Below are positions 53,101-64,000 of a DNA stretch of 64,000 nt, one piece after another. A model generated the notes under the pieces. That model ran no database searches. It was not told the DNA's origin and saw nothing but the letters and a program-made list of their open reading frames with translations. Position 1 is the stretch's first letter, and every line of letters starts with the position of its first letter. The DNA is from Bugula neritina (taxonomy: Eukaryota > Animalia > Bryozoa), in contig OZ037767.1 in NCBI GenBank assembly GCA_964035545.1, positions 26,428,628-26,492,627 of the forward strand. Direction: 5' to 3'. The translations under genes and the position numbers were made by a program.

Positions 53101-56100
53101 GGAATTCTGGGATTAATCAACGACATAGTGAATAGAATTCCGGTAGTGCGGGAGACAAACCGAGCTGGTAGTGATGCGGGAAAGAGTGGCAGTAGGGAGG
53201 TAGCAGTAGAAGGCAGAGAGAATGTCAATGTAGAAACTATTATACGAAGAGTTAGTGGCAGTGAAAGCTCTCAAGTTATTGTGAATGGACAAGTCGTAAA
53301 TGGTAAGCAGAAAGATGAGATACTAAACAGGATGTCTTCATTAGATGGACAAAACGAATTACAACCAGCTGCAGAGAAAGAAAGTGAAGAGCAAGAGACC
53401 ACAACTAGCGCTGTCACTGAAGCTACTACAAGCAGTGCCAGTGTTGATTCTACGACTGTAAATGATGATGTCACAGCTTCATCTTCTACTTCAGCTGATG
53501 ATGTCACAAAACCTACGACTACCACTGTTACGTCACAGTCTAGTGTTGGAACTTCAGGTATTCCTCAGGAAAGTAGAACGCCGAGTGCTTCTAATAAAAA
53601 TAGAAGTCCCAACACAAATACTCGTGAAATAGAACATGTGAAAGATGCAGCTGTACCAACTGGTGTTCCTCTCATGGTGAAAGGCATTTCATTGGTTAAT
53701 TTAAAAGGACATGCTGAATTGTTGGATTGGAATGGAGAGTTAGCCTGGTTTCCCTCGGAGTTTAGCTTCAACAAACAGCTAGTTTTGGGTGTACAGAATG
53801 GACTAAAGGTAGTTGATGTCAATTCAATGAGCCCTTTTTCTTTCTTTACAGGTAAGTTATCTGCTGTCACTATAGTACATAATAGGGAGTATTGATTGTA
53901 TCTTTTTTTATAAACAATTATTTTCTATGATGTGCATGATGATTATTTTAATAAATTTAATTATTTAATGTGAAGTTTCTATCTTTGCAAGTTGTCAGAC
54001 GAAATGTTTGTTAATTATCAATGTTCGCTTGTATTTTAGATAGAAACAGCCAATTCAAAGAAGTGTTTGAACAAAATGGTAAGAATTGAGAAATGTGTTA
54101 CAATAAAATATTCACGCAAGTCTAAGTTTTTTATGTTTAAACAAATTTAATCACCAATGAAACAACTACGGACTTAGTCTAAATCATTATTTTATTTTAG
54201 CAAAAGACTTATTACCCAATGGGCCAGGAAAAATGGTAACACATGGAAACCATATTTATATTATAAGCAAAGGACAGCATTGTCTTTTGGCAGTGAACAA
54301 CATGGGTAAGTACAGTCAGCTGTATTGTTGATTGTGAAAGCTAGATCACATGCTTAGTGTGTGAATAAAGCGCTATTTAATTAATCTTATATAATTATTC
54401 TGTGACAGGCTTTTAAATTATTGATGTCCATAATAAAATTATCAATTATACAAAAATTTAGTTTTTTTAATGAAGGATATTTGAATTCAATAGAACAGTA
54501 AGCAAAACTCAACAAGAATATGTCTAAGCTTAACAATAAAGTTTTACTCTGATAAATTAGGCAATCAATATATAGCTAGTGCTAATTTACAGATATTTCG
54601 GTGTTGGCTGGAAGGTGTGGAGCCCCTGGCTATCGTAATGCCGCCAGAGTAGCTGCCAAGTTCAATAACCCTACAGATATGTGTCTTGGTCCTTCAGGTA
54701 GGCATTGCATTTCTATACCTCCTATGAAGTTAATCTTTAATAAAACGAATAAAATTATAAGAATACTACTTTATTTAATTACACATTAGTAGTAATATAT
54801 GCAATATACATGTAATTTTGTAGTAAGATTTTTCTTATTATACCTTATTATGCCTTTTTATACCTTTTCACAAACAGAACTTCTTGTTAACAATTAATCA
54901 GCAAATTTTGAAGTGTTAAAGCATGAAGTGACTCAAAATTTTAAAACTTAGCCAATATCACTTTTCGAATTTAATAGCAAATATATCGAATCCAGCACAC
55001 AATGTAGGGCCTGTGTAAGCATTTCAGCATATTCTCAGTCACACTGGATTCCTAAACAAACATCATGTTGTATTATGTTATCATCTCTATGTTTCTATGT
55101 GTAACTAAATTTAGAATTTACTAGCTTTTATTGTGTTCTGCAGGGAGTCTTTACATACTTGATAGAGGTAACTCTAAGATCAGACTTCTCTCTCTTTACA
55201 ATGGGACTGTCTCAACTTTCTACAACCTACCAAAGGATGTAAAATTTGAGTCTCTAGACTGTGTTGGTCACAAGATATACTTGTCAGGAAATGATCCACT
55301 AAGCTCATATGTTTATAAAGTAAGTTTAATGTAGAGACATCAGTCTGTCTGTAATGAGATTTAGAGTGTTGGAGATCATGGAATTTAAATACTTAATATC
55401 AGATGTAATTCCAAGAGTCTTGGATGGCAGCCAATGACATTTCATAAAACTTTCTGTCATTTACCGCAAACTACAGAAATAGCTACAGATTATAATATCT
55501 CTCAGCAAGTAGTCACTTACCAAATTCTATTTTAATGATTTGTCATCTGCAACGTTGCGCTTTTTGTTGGTATTATTAAGCTTCATAGTTCCACCTCTGA
55601 AATATGTGATTCGTGGGAGTTTTGTCAGATTGAAAGTTTGTACATATTGCTTATAAGCTGATCTTCATAATCATGAGCACCACTCACAGCCACAGATGTA
55701 GTGTTGAGTTTATCTAGTGACTCCTGTGGTGTAGTGGTTAGCATGTCCTTTCCAAGCTTGATGTCTTGGGTTAGAATCCTAGTGAGGGCAAATATTTTAT
55801 AGTAAATTCTAAGAAAAGAACGGAAATAATAATGTATTGAATTTCTGTTTTAGTTGACTATAGCCAGAGCAGGGCCTGTCCTGGAAAGGCTAGTCAACTT
55901 AGCGAAAGGTGATGGGTCTAGTGGCAGCATCCTAGCAAGGTCAGCTACAGCCCGAGGTCAATTCAAACACATCATTGAAATAAATGGCCACTTAGTTATA
56001 AATGATGGAGGGTTACTGAGGGAGCTCAACTTTCAAGAAGGCAGTATTTACACTCTTTGTCACCAGAGGAAGCAAACTAAAGGTAAGATTAACTTATGCA

Positions 56101-56897
56101 ATACTTTAGAAAAGAGGAAATCTTTATTATGTAGGTTTGAGAATATTTGTCGGATTAGCGAAGGATATAATAATTTAGCTAAAGACTTTTTGATTGCTAG
56201 CTAAGAACACTGATAATGTTGGGAATAAACAGTGTGGTAGACATTTGTCTAAAGACTTACATTTGCAGCATTATAAGTATTAGCTGCTCGCAGTTTGTGA
56301 GATAAAAGTATAAATAATGCATTGTGAGACACAAAACACCCATAAAGACATTCATATCGCTATTTTCACTAATCTCATGTTTATATTTTGCAAATGAAAC
56401 TGGCTATCTTAAACTATTATAAGTGTTATTATTCTTCAAAAAGTTATTTTAATTATTATTTATTGCTGTACTTTTAGTTGCAGGAAATTGCACTCAACAT
56501 ATTAATGCTATCTGCATGCTTTTGTATTTATTTTAGCATATCATCATCTTTACAATGTGTAGGATAAAATGATATGTAGAATGTGCATCTATGCTAAAAT
56601 ATCATCATGAAATTATATATTATTATGTTTCTTTAGTGTGGCTATACATTGTTATTTTTATTTTTATTATTATGTTATGTTTATTATTATTATTATGTTA
56701 TGTTTATTATTATTATTATTATTATTATGTTATTATTATTATTATTATTATGTTATGTTGCAGATGGCTCATCAGGCTCTTGCGAGATTTCTCATTTGAA
56801 GAGTCTGCACCGATTTGGAAGTGATATATACGGCCTTGACATTGCTCAGAAGAAGCTGCTTAGACTAATTAATTCTTCTGGAAGATTATTCTTCTAA
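50171..56897 (+). CDS. Secreted matrix metalloproteinase (M10A matrixin) with a long S/T/E-rich linker and a C-terminal NHL-like beta-propeller, 11 exons
   Basis: Exon 50171-50457 gives the signal peptide and FLKKFGY..YQEFSGLYVTG prodomain. 51241-51381 has the cysteine switch PRCSDVD. 51538-51662 and 52350-52548 follow. 52661-53851 has HEFGHALGIRH, the Met-turn SIMFP and DDISAIRLLFG. Then in-phase exons 54040-54078, 54201-54305, 54593-54697, 55144-55319, 55854-~56082 and 56764-56897. Confidence 0.88.
51690..51935. repeat. AT low-complexity / degenerate (TA)n tract in an MMP intron
   Basis: Direct reading. Confidence 0.85.
55719..55790 (+). pseudogene. tRNA-derived relic (tRNA pseudogene or SINE head, loosely Gly-TCC-like)
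   Basis: A box TGGTGTAGTGGTTAGCA, B-box-like GGTTAGAATCC in a T stem, and a TTTCCAA loop; acceptor and anticodon stems are broken. Confidence 0.65.
56655..56755. repeat. (ATT)n microsatellite before the last MMP exon
   Basis: Direct reading. Confidence 0.9.
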
Positions 56898-59222
56898 AGT
56901 ATTAACTCCATAACTTTGATAATTTTAGCGTTTTATTATAGTTCATGGCAATCAATTTGTTGTTGAGAAAAATGTTGTGTTCATAATTATAGTTTAAAGA
57001 TCTTATGTTGTGTATTCTATTTTTGTAATTGTTGGTTATATTTGTTAATGTACTATCTGTTTTATCATTTATTTGTTTTGCAATAAAATATATTCAAAGT
57101 ACAATTATGAGTTGCAGAGTTATCTCTCCATCTGCTAACAGGATGTGGAAGATTGATTAGTTCTCATCTCAATACCAATTATAATTATCAACTCTAAATG
57201 TAATTGTAACAAGGGTGGTTGACACACAAAAATTCATTTACTCCTATTATTTTATTATTCCATAATGTGCTGCTATGGTCAACAAACTGATATATAACAC
57301 AGCAACTTCGTGACAGCAATTTAGACAAGAGAGTACAATTACAACAAATATGACATATATGACATATAGAGGCGTAAAAACAAGCTATATAGTATGGAAT
57401 AACTAAATGCTAATTACATGAGAAAAATTAGTTATTTGAAAGACTTACTTAGTCTATCTATCAGTAATTTATGTATAACTTGACTTTCTTTATTAACTGA
57501 CTTATTATTAATATGGTGAAATTTTTGAGCTGGTTAAGCTCAGTCTTATAACTTCTTCATCTATATAGAGTGCACTATTAGCTAACATGGTTGGCATAGT
57601 TCTCTGTTGTATTTATTATAAACTAGTTTGCACTATCATGCTTATAATATTATTTTCCATTACTACAAAATATTTATAGTAGTAAAATACAAGCAATTTG
57701 TTGGCCTTGTTATAATAAGCCATCAAAATCATGGAAATTGTGATGCTTTAATATCAGAAATGAGATACATCTATTCTTGTGTGCTTGCCGCAATGTAATT
57801 TGAGCTTAATATATTATATAGTAAAGTAGTCCCCAGTTATATTTGCTTTTTCCTCAGTAGTCTTTTTCAAGACCAGCTCGCATCTATCTTACAGTTGAAC
57901 AAAGCTCAAGATTTCAACCTAACAAGTTGCATAAACCTTATATTCATTGTACTTCCATGAGAAGTTAATTCCATAAAGATTATTAGTATTAACTATAAAA
58001 AATACTTGAGTTAATTTACATCCTTTACAACTCTATTTACTCATTACCAAAATATGTTAAAATTTATTATGTTTGCAGAAATGTAACAAAAATGTCTAAT
58101 AGCAAAAAGATTAAGCTACAGAAGTCTGACAAATGACAAATTAGCCGGATGTAAATATTGATATTAGCAGCTTTTAGCTGTACCAAGGATGTATTTCCAT
58201 AATTATATAGTTTGTTAACAGAGTTGGAAACTCATTTATGGCATAATTATTTATAATACCAACAAATACATGTTCTATATTATAATTCGTTAAAATTACT
58301 CAACAATGAGAAGTAATAACACAGGCAGTGACCGTTTCCTTCTCAAACATGGGAGGCAGGATGACCCAGCAGTAAATTCTTCCTCGGTGTTGCAGCAGCC
58401 ATGCATACGAAACTTTGTCAACATCACCTCTAAAGGATATGACATCATCTCTTAAAACAAAATACACCAGAGCAGGAGATTTCACCTTCGACCTTCAGCA
58501 GGTGATATATCCTGGAAAAAAGCACATATTGCATTATATTACATAGCTTTTATAGCTTTCTTTCTGACCTGTTACATAGTAGCTAATAAAATTGCTGATG
58601 GCTACAATACTTTAAGACAATTGCGTTCATGCAACCTTTGATATACTGATAACATTTTAAAATAAATTCATAGGTTCACTCTGTAGGAGTCGTCATACTA
58701 TTTTACAAAAATGCCTGCCTAATTATTTACTAAGCAACTTTTTCAAAAATTACAGATTCATTATTTGTAATAATTTACGTTTATGTGATATTGCTTTAGA
58801 GTTTAGAACAATTTAAATTGATATTTATCCACTTGCTCATTCCAAAGCATATAGTAAAAGCATAAATGAAAGTTTAAAATACGACTACTGGCTAATATTG
58901 ACTCAAGAAAAGTTGTAAATGTCTACAGATAATTAAAAATTGATTGAGTCTTTTTAAAAATGCAACTGGTTGACCAAATATGAAGATACTACTCCAACGA
59001 CAAAATGTACTAAAATTTCACAAAAGTATGAGATAACTTAATATTCTTATTGCACCAACATGAACGATTGTAAAGAAAAGCCAATGGCAATTTAACTGCG
59101 ATATATTGATTTTTATGCTCACAAGCTACAACTTGATTGTCTTATTCTGAATCAAACTATTTAGAAAACAAGACAGAACTATTATAAAATGTTGGTGATT
59201 ATCTGCCCTCTGTTTGATTATT

Positions 59223-59982
59223 TTATCTGCTTGAGAAGATAATTTCAGATGGATTGGAAGTATTTACTAGAAACGAATATTTTTTAGGTTTATCTGTAAC
59301 AGTAAAGTCCCTCAGAAATTTTAATATCAAATATTTGTAGAAAAGTAAAAAAGAATAAAAAAATTCCATTTTAGCCAAGCCTTCTTCTAGACAAGCCCTT
59401 CGACCTACAACAAATATAATTCTATTAACTAATTGGTTGTCCGTTGCCAAAAAACTCAGCAGTGAAACCATTTTTTACAGCAGCACCATGTTATAGAATG
59501 AAAATATAGTATGTTCAACAATTTCTTTGTTTTTTTGTATGTCAATTTATTCACATTTTTCTCAAATTTGTAAACTGGCTGCTGTAGCTCAATAAAAGAC
59601 TAGGAACCCTAGTGTAAAACTGAATGTTTGTTACACAATTTTAAGGCTACCAAAATAAATACATGTACAAGCATATACACTTATTAGTTATGAAATACAG
59701 ACCTTTAAAAGTTAGTCTCTTAAATTGTGTTTCAATAAATTTAAAGTGAAAATAACATACTTTTCCAAACTTTTGACGGTTTGACTCTATAAATTTAGCC
59801 AATGATCCAGACAGCAATATCTGAGGAGAATTTCCAATAATAGGAAAAGCAAAAGGTCCAGGAGGATATTTGTCATTGGTTTTTCTCATCAGATAAATGA
59901 ATAATAGTGCTGTGACAGTTCCAGCCAATGAGAGGCTTATAACTAAAGAGAAGTCTAACTCCATCATTCTCCCAAAAAACAT
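59223..59982 (-). pseudogene. Cytochrome P450 pseudogene retaining only exon 1 (59982-59761) and a damaged last exon (59404-59223)
   Basis: Exon 1 is nearly identical to 62232-62453. The second piece reads G-RRACLEEGLAKME (heme Cys motif with CLGE changed to CLEE), followed by an apparent frameshift. The exon phases (0 vs 1) are incompatible. Confidence 0.85.
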
Positions 59983-60582
59983 CAAGAAATACTATTTTAT
60001 GAAACTGTTGATGCTATGGAAAAAATAAATCAAAAGTTGAAGATGAAAACTGCTTACTCAAATACAGAGCAGATAGGCCTACTAAAAAAATTCAACGTTA
60101 TTGGAGTTATTTTCTATATTGAGTGAAATAATGCTGATGCACAGGTTGTAGCAAATGAACAGCAAGAATAATCAGTAAAGTTTCAAAGATAAATCTTTTT
60201 AGAATAAGCATTTTGACAAAAATAGTTGTGTTTTGTAAAAAGAACTCAGCTTGCTTCAAGTTATTGAATTATTACATAGTATGTCTATAGGCCTACTACA
60301 AATCTGATAATGTGTAACTCTTGTACATCTCCATAACCTGGCACAGAATAGAGGAGCATATCAACTTATCAGTAACTATAAGCTAGGTTAATACTCCATA
60401 GGTTGTAACTGAGAAACAAGTAGAGGCTTGCAATTGTGATTAGGCCATAAACTAAAATACTTTTTGCTTGCAGCTTACACCTGAGTGATGTGACATCCAT
60501 CACTATATAATTAGAATATGCTATAGTTATTGGTTGGTTAAACTACTACATATGCACTTTTAAAGGGTGCCATTCCAGTTAT

Positions 60583-60584
<2 letters not shown>

Positions 60585-60657
<73 letters not shown>

Positions 60658-60745
60658 CTGAAGATGGGTACAGTGGTACCCGAAATATCAGTGTAATTAC
60701 TTTACCTAATAAAGTAATAAATAACAATGTTTCTCGTATACCTAT

Positions 60746-60830
<85 letters not shown>

Positions 60831-60832
60831 AT

Positions 60833-60898
<66 letters not shown>
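60585..60898. repeat. Three (TA)n microsatellite blocks interrupted by a ~100-bp insert and a duplicated CCTATTTATAA spacer
   Basis: Direct reading. Confidence 0.95.
60654..60693 (+). ncRNA. Minimal type I hammerhead ribozyme motif, probably the 3' remnant of a Penelope-like element
   Basis: TACT-CTGAAGA-T-GGGTAC(AGTG)GTACCC-GAAA-TA-TC-AGTG: both core boxes, a perfect 6-bp stem II, a 4-bp stem I and a palindromic ATAT stem III. Confidence 0.7.
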
Positions 60899-60900
<2 letters not shown>

Positions 60901-62231
60901 AACTAATATTATGATATACAAATTCAGGTGCAAAAACAGCTATAAGTTTGTACAAATCATACTTGGAGAAAAGGGGTGGTTATTGGGAACCCTCATCTTG
61001 CTGGAAAGATGATGCTAAACTTGTCAGCACGTAATAGATTGCAAGTTTAGTACCATAGGTTTAACTTGTAGTCTGAAAGCAGCTAGCTGATGTGATGATT
61101 GATTGATATATTATTGTGGTGAAAGGGTACCGAGCTGTATGCATCCATTGTGACTAAATCTTTCACAAAGCAAAAGCTGAAAGCCCATTGCTAGTATTTA
61201 TTCAGTCATTGATACTCACAATGTAGTTATTACTTATTATGCAAGTGACAGACTGCAAGCGTGATGCAAATTGAATGATTAATTATTTACACTGCAAGTT
61301 CAGTGCTAGCTTGCATCACCATTGCAGTACTCATTGGAAATGCATACGAAACAGTTTAACTCGGCGACAGTATATAATATATATAATAGCATTCTAGTTA
61401 CACTCTCTTATCATTATAATCTGTGACGGATGTGATACCACGCATGAGTAAGCTGCAAGCACAGGGTATTTCAGCATATCAACTACTCACAGCTGCAAGA
61501 TCCTACTAGTTTACAACATATTACAAGCTATTGGATGTTTACCTGATAATTACAGGTAAGTTGACATTCTCCATTCTTTACCAGGTTATTAGGATAGGCA
61601 ATGGTTGCACATAATCATGTGTATGGTAGATATATAACTATATGATACCTATTAGTATTATACAATGGTCCAAAGTAGCAGGCAGTAGCTGTTTAGGCCT
61701 CATCAATGTAGTTATAGGCACTGTTGTTCACACAATAGCAATGAATTACGTATTTTCAAACCGTACCAATACTGCTAACACGTGCTGTGCTAAAACTGAG
61801 AATTTTGGTAGCAAACCTGGCACTATACAACTTTATATAACCTGTTCAAACAATGTATCTAACTAAAGGCTTTCCATCAGATCTGAACACAGATTGCAAG
61901 GAAGTTCTACCTAATCTGAGGTATTCTCACTTTACCTTCGTTGCACACGTATAGTTTTACCCTCATGTCATCTTGAAAGAATCAGTACTCAATTTCTTAT
62001 AGGCTACATTGTTTTGGTGTGATGTTAACCTTCTATCATACCAAAACAATAATACTGATACCTTTGCCTAGAAGCTTGCTTGCTATTAGTAAGCAGTATG
62101 ACTGTATTTAAACCAATGTCAGGTGTCCGATGCATTTATTCTGTCTTAGAGTTTGCATAAGTTTTCGGCTTTAATTTTCTCTTTGTTTTTCAGCAAGAAA
62201 CTATAGCAATAGCAGTATTATAATTTATAAT

Positions 62232-64000
62232 ATGTTTTTAGGGAGAATGATGGAGTTAGACTTCTCTTCAGCTACAAGCCTCTTATTGGCTGGAACTGTC
62301 ACAGCACTACTATTCATTTATCTGATGAGAAAAACCAGTAACAAATATCCCCCTGGACCTTTTGCTTTTCCTATTATTGGAAATTCTCCTCAGATTCTGC
62401 TGTCCGGATCATTGGCTAAATTTATAGAGTCAAACCGTCAACAGTTTGGAAATGTATGTTATTTTCACTAATTTATATTTTCTCAATGCAGTTTCAGAAA
62501 CTTAATTTATGCAAGTCTACATTCTGTAACTAAAAGGTGTATAATATGTTCATACATTGATTTTAGTAACCTTTAAGCTATACGACAAACGCCTATTTTT
62601 TATCACCCAGGTTCCTGCTCTTTCTTAAAATTCGCAACTAACATCTTGATTACATTAATATACAAAAAAGCATTGTTGAACCCTTGAATATGTAACATTT
62701 CCCCCATACAACAAGGTGTTGTTGTAAAATTTAATTACACTGCTGATATTTTGTTAACAGCAAACAACAAAATAGTGTTTAATTTTATATAATTTCAGGT
62801 GTTCACTTTTGTATCAGGAGGTAGTAAGCGAGTAGTAGTATCAGGATATGATGCAATCTACAGACTGTTGGTCAAGAATGCAGATCACACTAGTACAAGA
62901 TCAACTGCCTCCATGACACAGACTATAAAAATGGCAGCACAAAAAACTCCTGGTAGTATTTCATACACTTGTGTAACTTTTGGTATCACAATTTTATCAT
63001 CCGACTAAAGTCATTCTGAGAATTTTAATTAAGTAAGCTTTAACAAGAGTGTAGCCATTCAAATACATTCTTTACAATCAGCTTAGTAATGATTATTTGA
63101 GTAAAAACTAAGCACACCAGTTTCAAATCATAAGTCTAAACTTTAAAATAATCTTAGAAGCAACTAGTTACTAAAGAATTGTAGGCTTTTAGTTGTAGGC
63201 TGTAGCCAGTATTGAAAACCCTCTGCCATAATATCTTGCAGTGCCGTTATTTGTACAAATGATTTTATTCTCCAGTGTTAGCTCGACGGGAACTGTAAAC
63301 TATGAGGCTTACTGCAAATTGCAAGACGTTTACAACTTACCATTATTGCAACAAAATAGGTGTTTACAGTGCCTACAATTATACTTGTAATAGATTAAGT
63401 GTGTTACGACTATATTTTTGTCAAGTTCTTGTAGCCTGTTCTTCTTTCTTTGCAAACAGTTGTCATAATTTTGCTGCTACTAGTTAAAGAATGATTGATA
63501 CATGAAATAATGAAATTGTGCTTCTATTATCTAATTTTAGGTGTTATTTGGGCTCCATATCCACTTTGGAAGGACTTGAGATCATTTTCCATCAGTTCAA
63601 TGAGAGACGAGGGTATGGGGAAATCTACTTTAGAGCCACAGCTTATAGAAGAACTTGAACTATTCATTGCACATTTTATTGAACCAAACTTGAATAAACC
63701 AATAGACATGACACTTGGACTGAGTCAGGCTACTAATAACATGATCTCTCAAATGATGTTTCGTCGGCGATTTGATTATGAGGATGAGGCTTTCAAAACA
63801 AGAATCGAATCTATCGATGAATCGCTTTCAATTAGTCTTAAAATCTCAATGGTTGAGAATTTGCCATTTGGAAAATATTTTATAAAATCAGCTATTGAGA
63901 GAGATAATTACATATCTTATACTATCCTGTTGCCTGCATTACAACATCTCATTGATGAGCACAAAGATGACCTGGACGAGCATGACCCCAGAGATATTAT
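62232..64000 (+). CDS. Cytochrome P450, CYP2 clan, 5' part (continues beyond the window)
   Basis: Exon 62232-62453 has the membrane anchor and YPPGPFAFPIIGN. Exon 62799-62952 reads VVVSGYDAI. The exon from 63541 has WKDLR (WxxxR), GMGK, RRFDYED and DPRD. Phases are compatible. Confidence 0.93.

Noticed and set aside
52752-53870. Long minus-strand ORFs opposite the MMP linker exon and opposite several SPEN exons
   Set aside because: Antisense shadows of biased coding sequence with no independent motifs or splice structure
55719-55790. Functional tRNA gene
   Set aside because: Acceptor and anticodon stems do not pair and the T-loop TTC is mutated; kept only as a relic
61252-61327. Small inverted repeat (CTGCAA..GTGATGCAA / TTGCATCAC..TTGCAG)
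   Set aside because: Short and interrupted, with no TSD or other support

Overview
AT-rich, intron-rich animal genomic DNA; the gene content suggests an invertebrate, probably a lophotrochozoan, but that is inference. In order: two tandem intronless rhodopsin-type GPCR genes (-); a ~40-exon split ends/SPEN gene (+, 7205-32801, four RRMs and a C-terminal SPOC); a convergent glutathione-synthetase-family gene (-); mitochondrial ribosomal protein S2 (+); a matrixin/MMP whose C-terminal domain looks like an NHL beta-propeller rather than hemopexin (+); an internally deleted P450 pseudogene (-); and the 5' part of an apparently intact CYP2-clan P450 (+, runs off the window). Non-coding elements include an hAT-type MITE with a nested foldback element, a tRNA-derived relic and several mini/microsatellites. 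Best leads: (1) a one-orientation GGATTA cluster mixed with splice signals in SPEN intron 2; (2) a glutathione synthetase with rewritten substrate-selecting loops; (3) the MMP-NHL fusion that also lacks the structural zinc ligands; (4) a minimal hammerhead ribozyme embedded in a (TA)n tract. All exon structures were assembled by eye from GT-AG boundaries and reading-frame phase. Comparisons with human proteins are from memory, and no searches were run.
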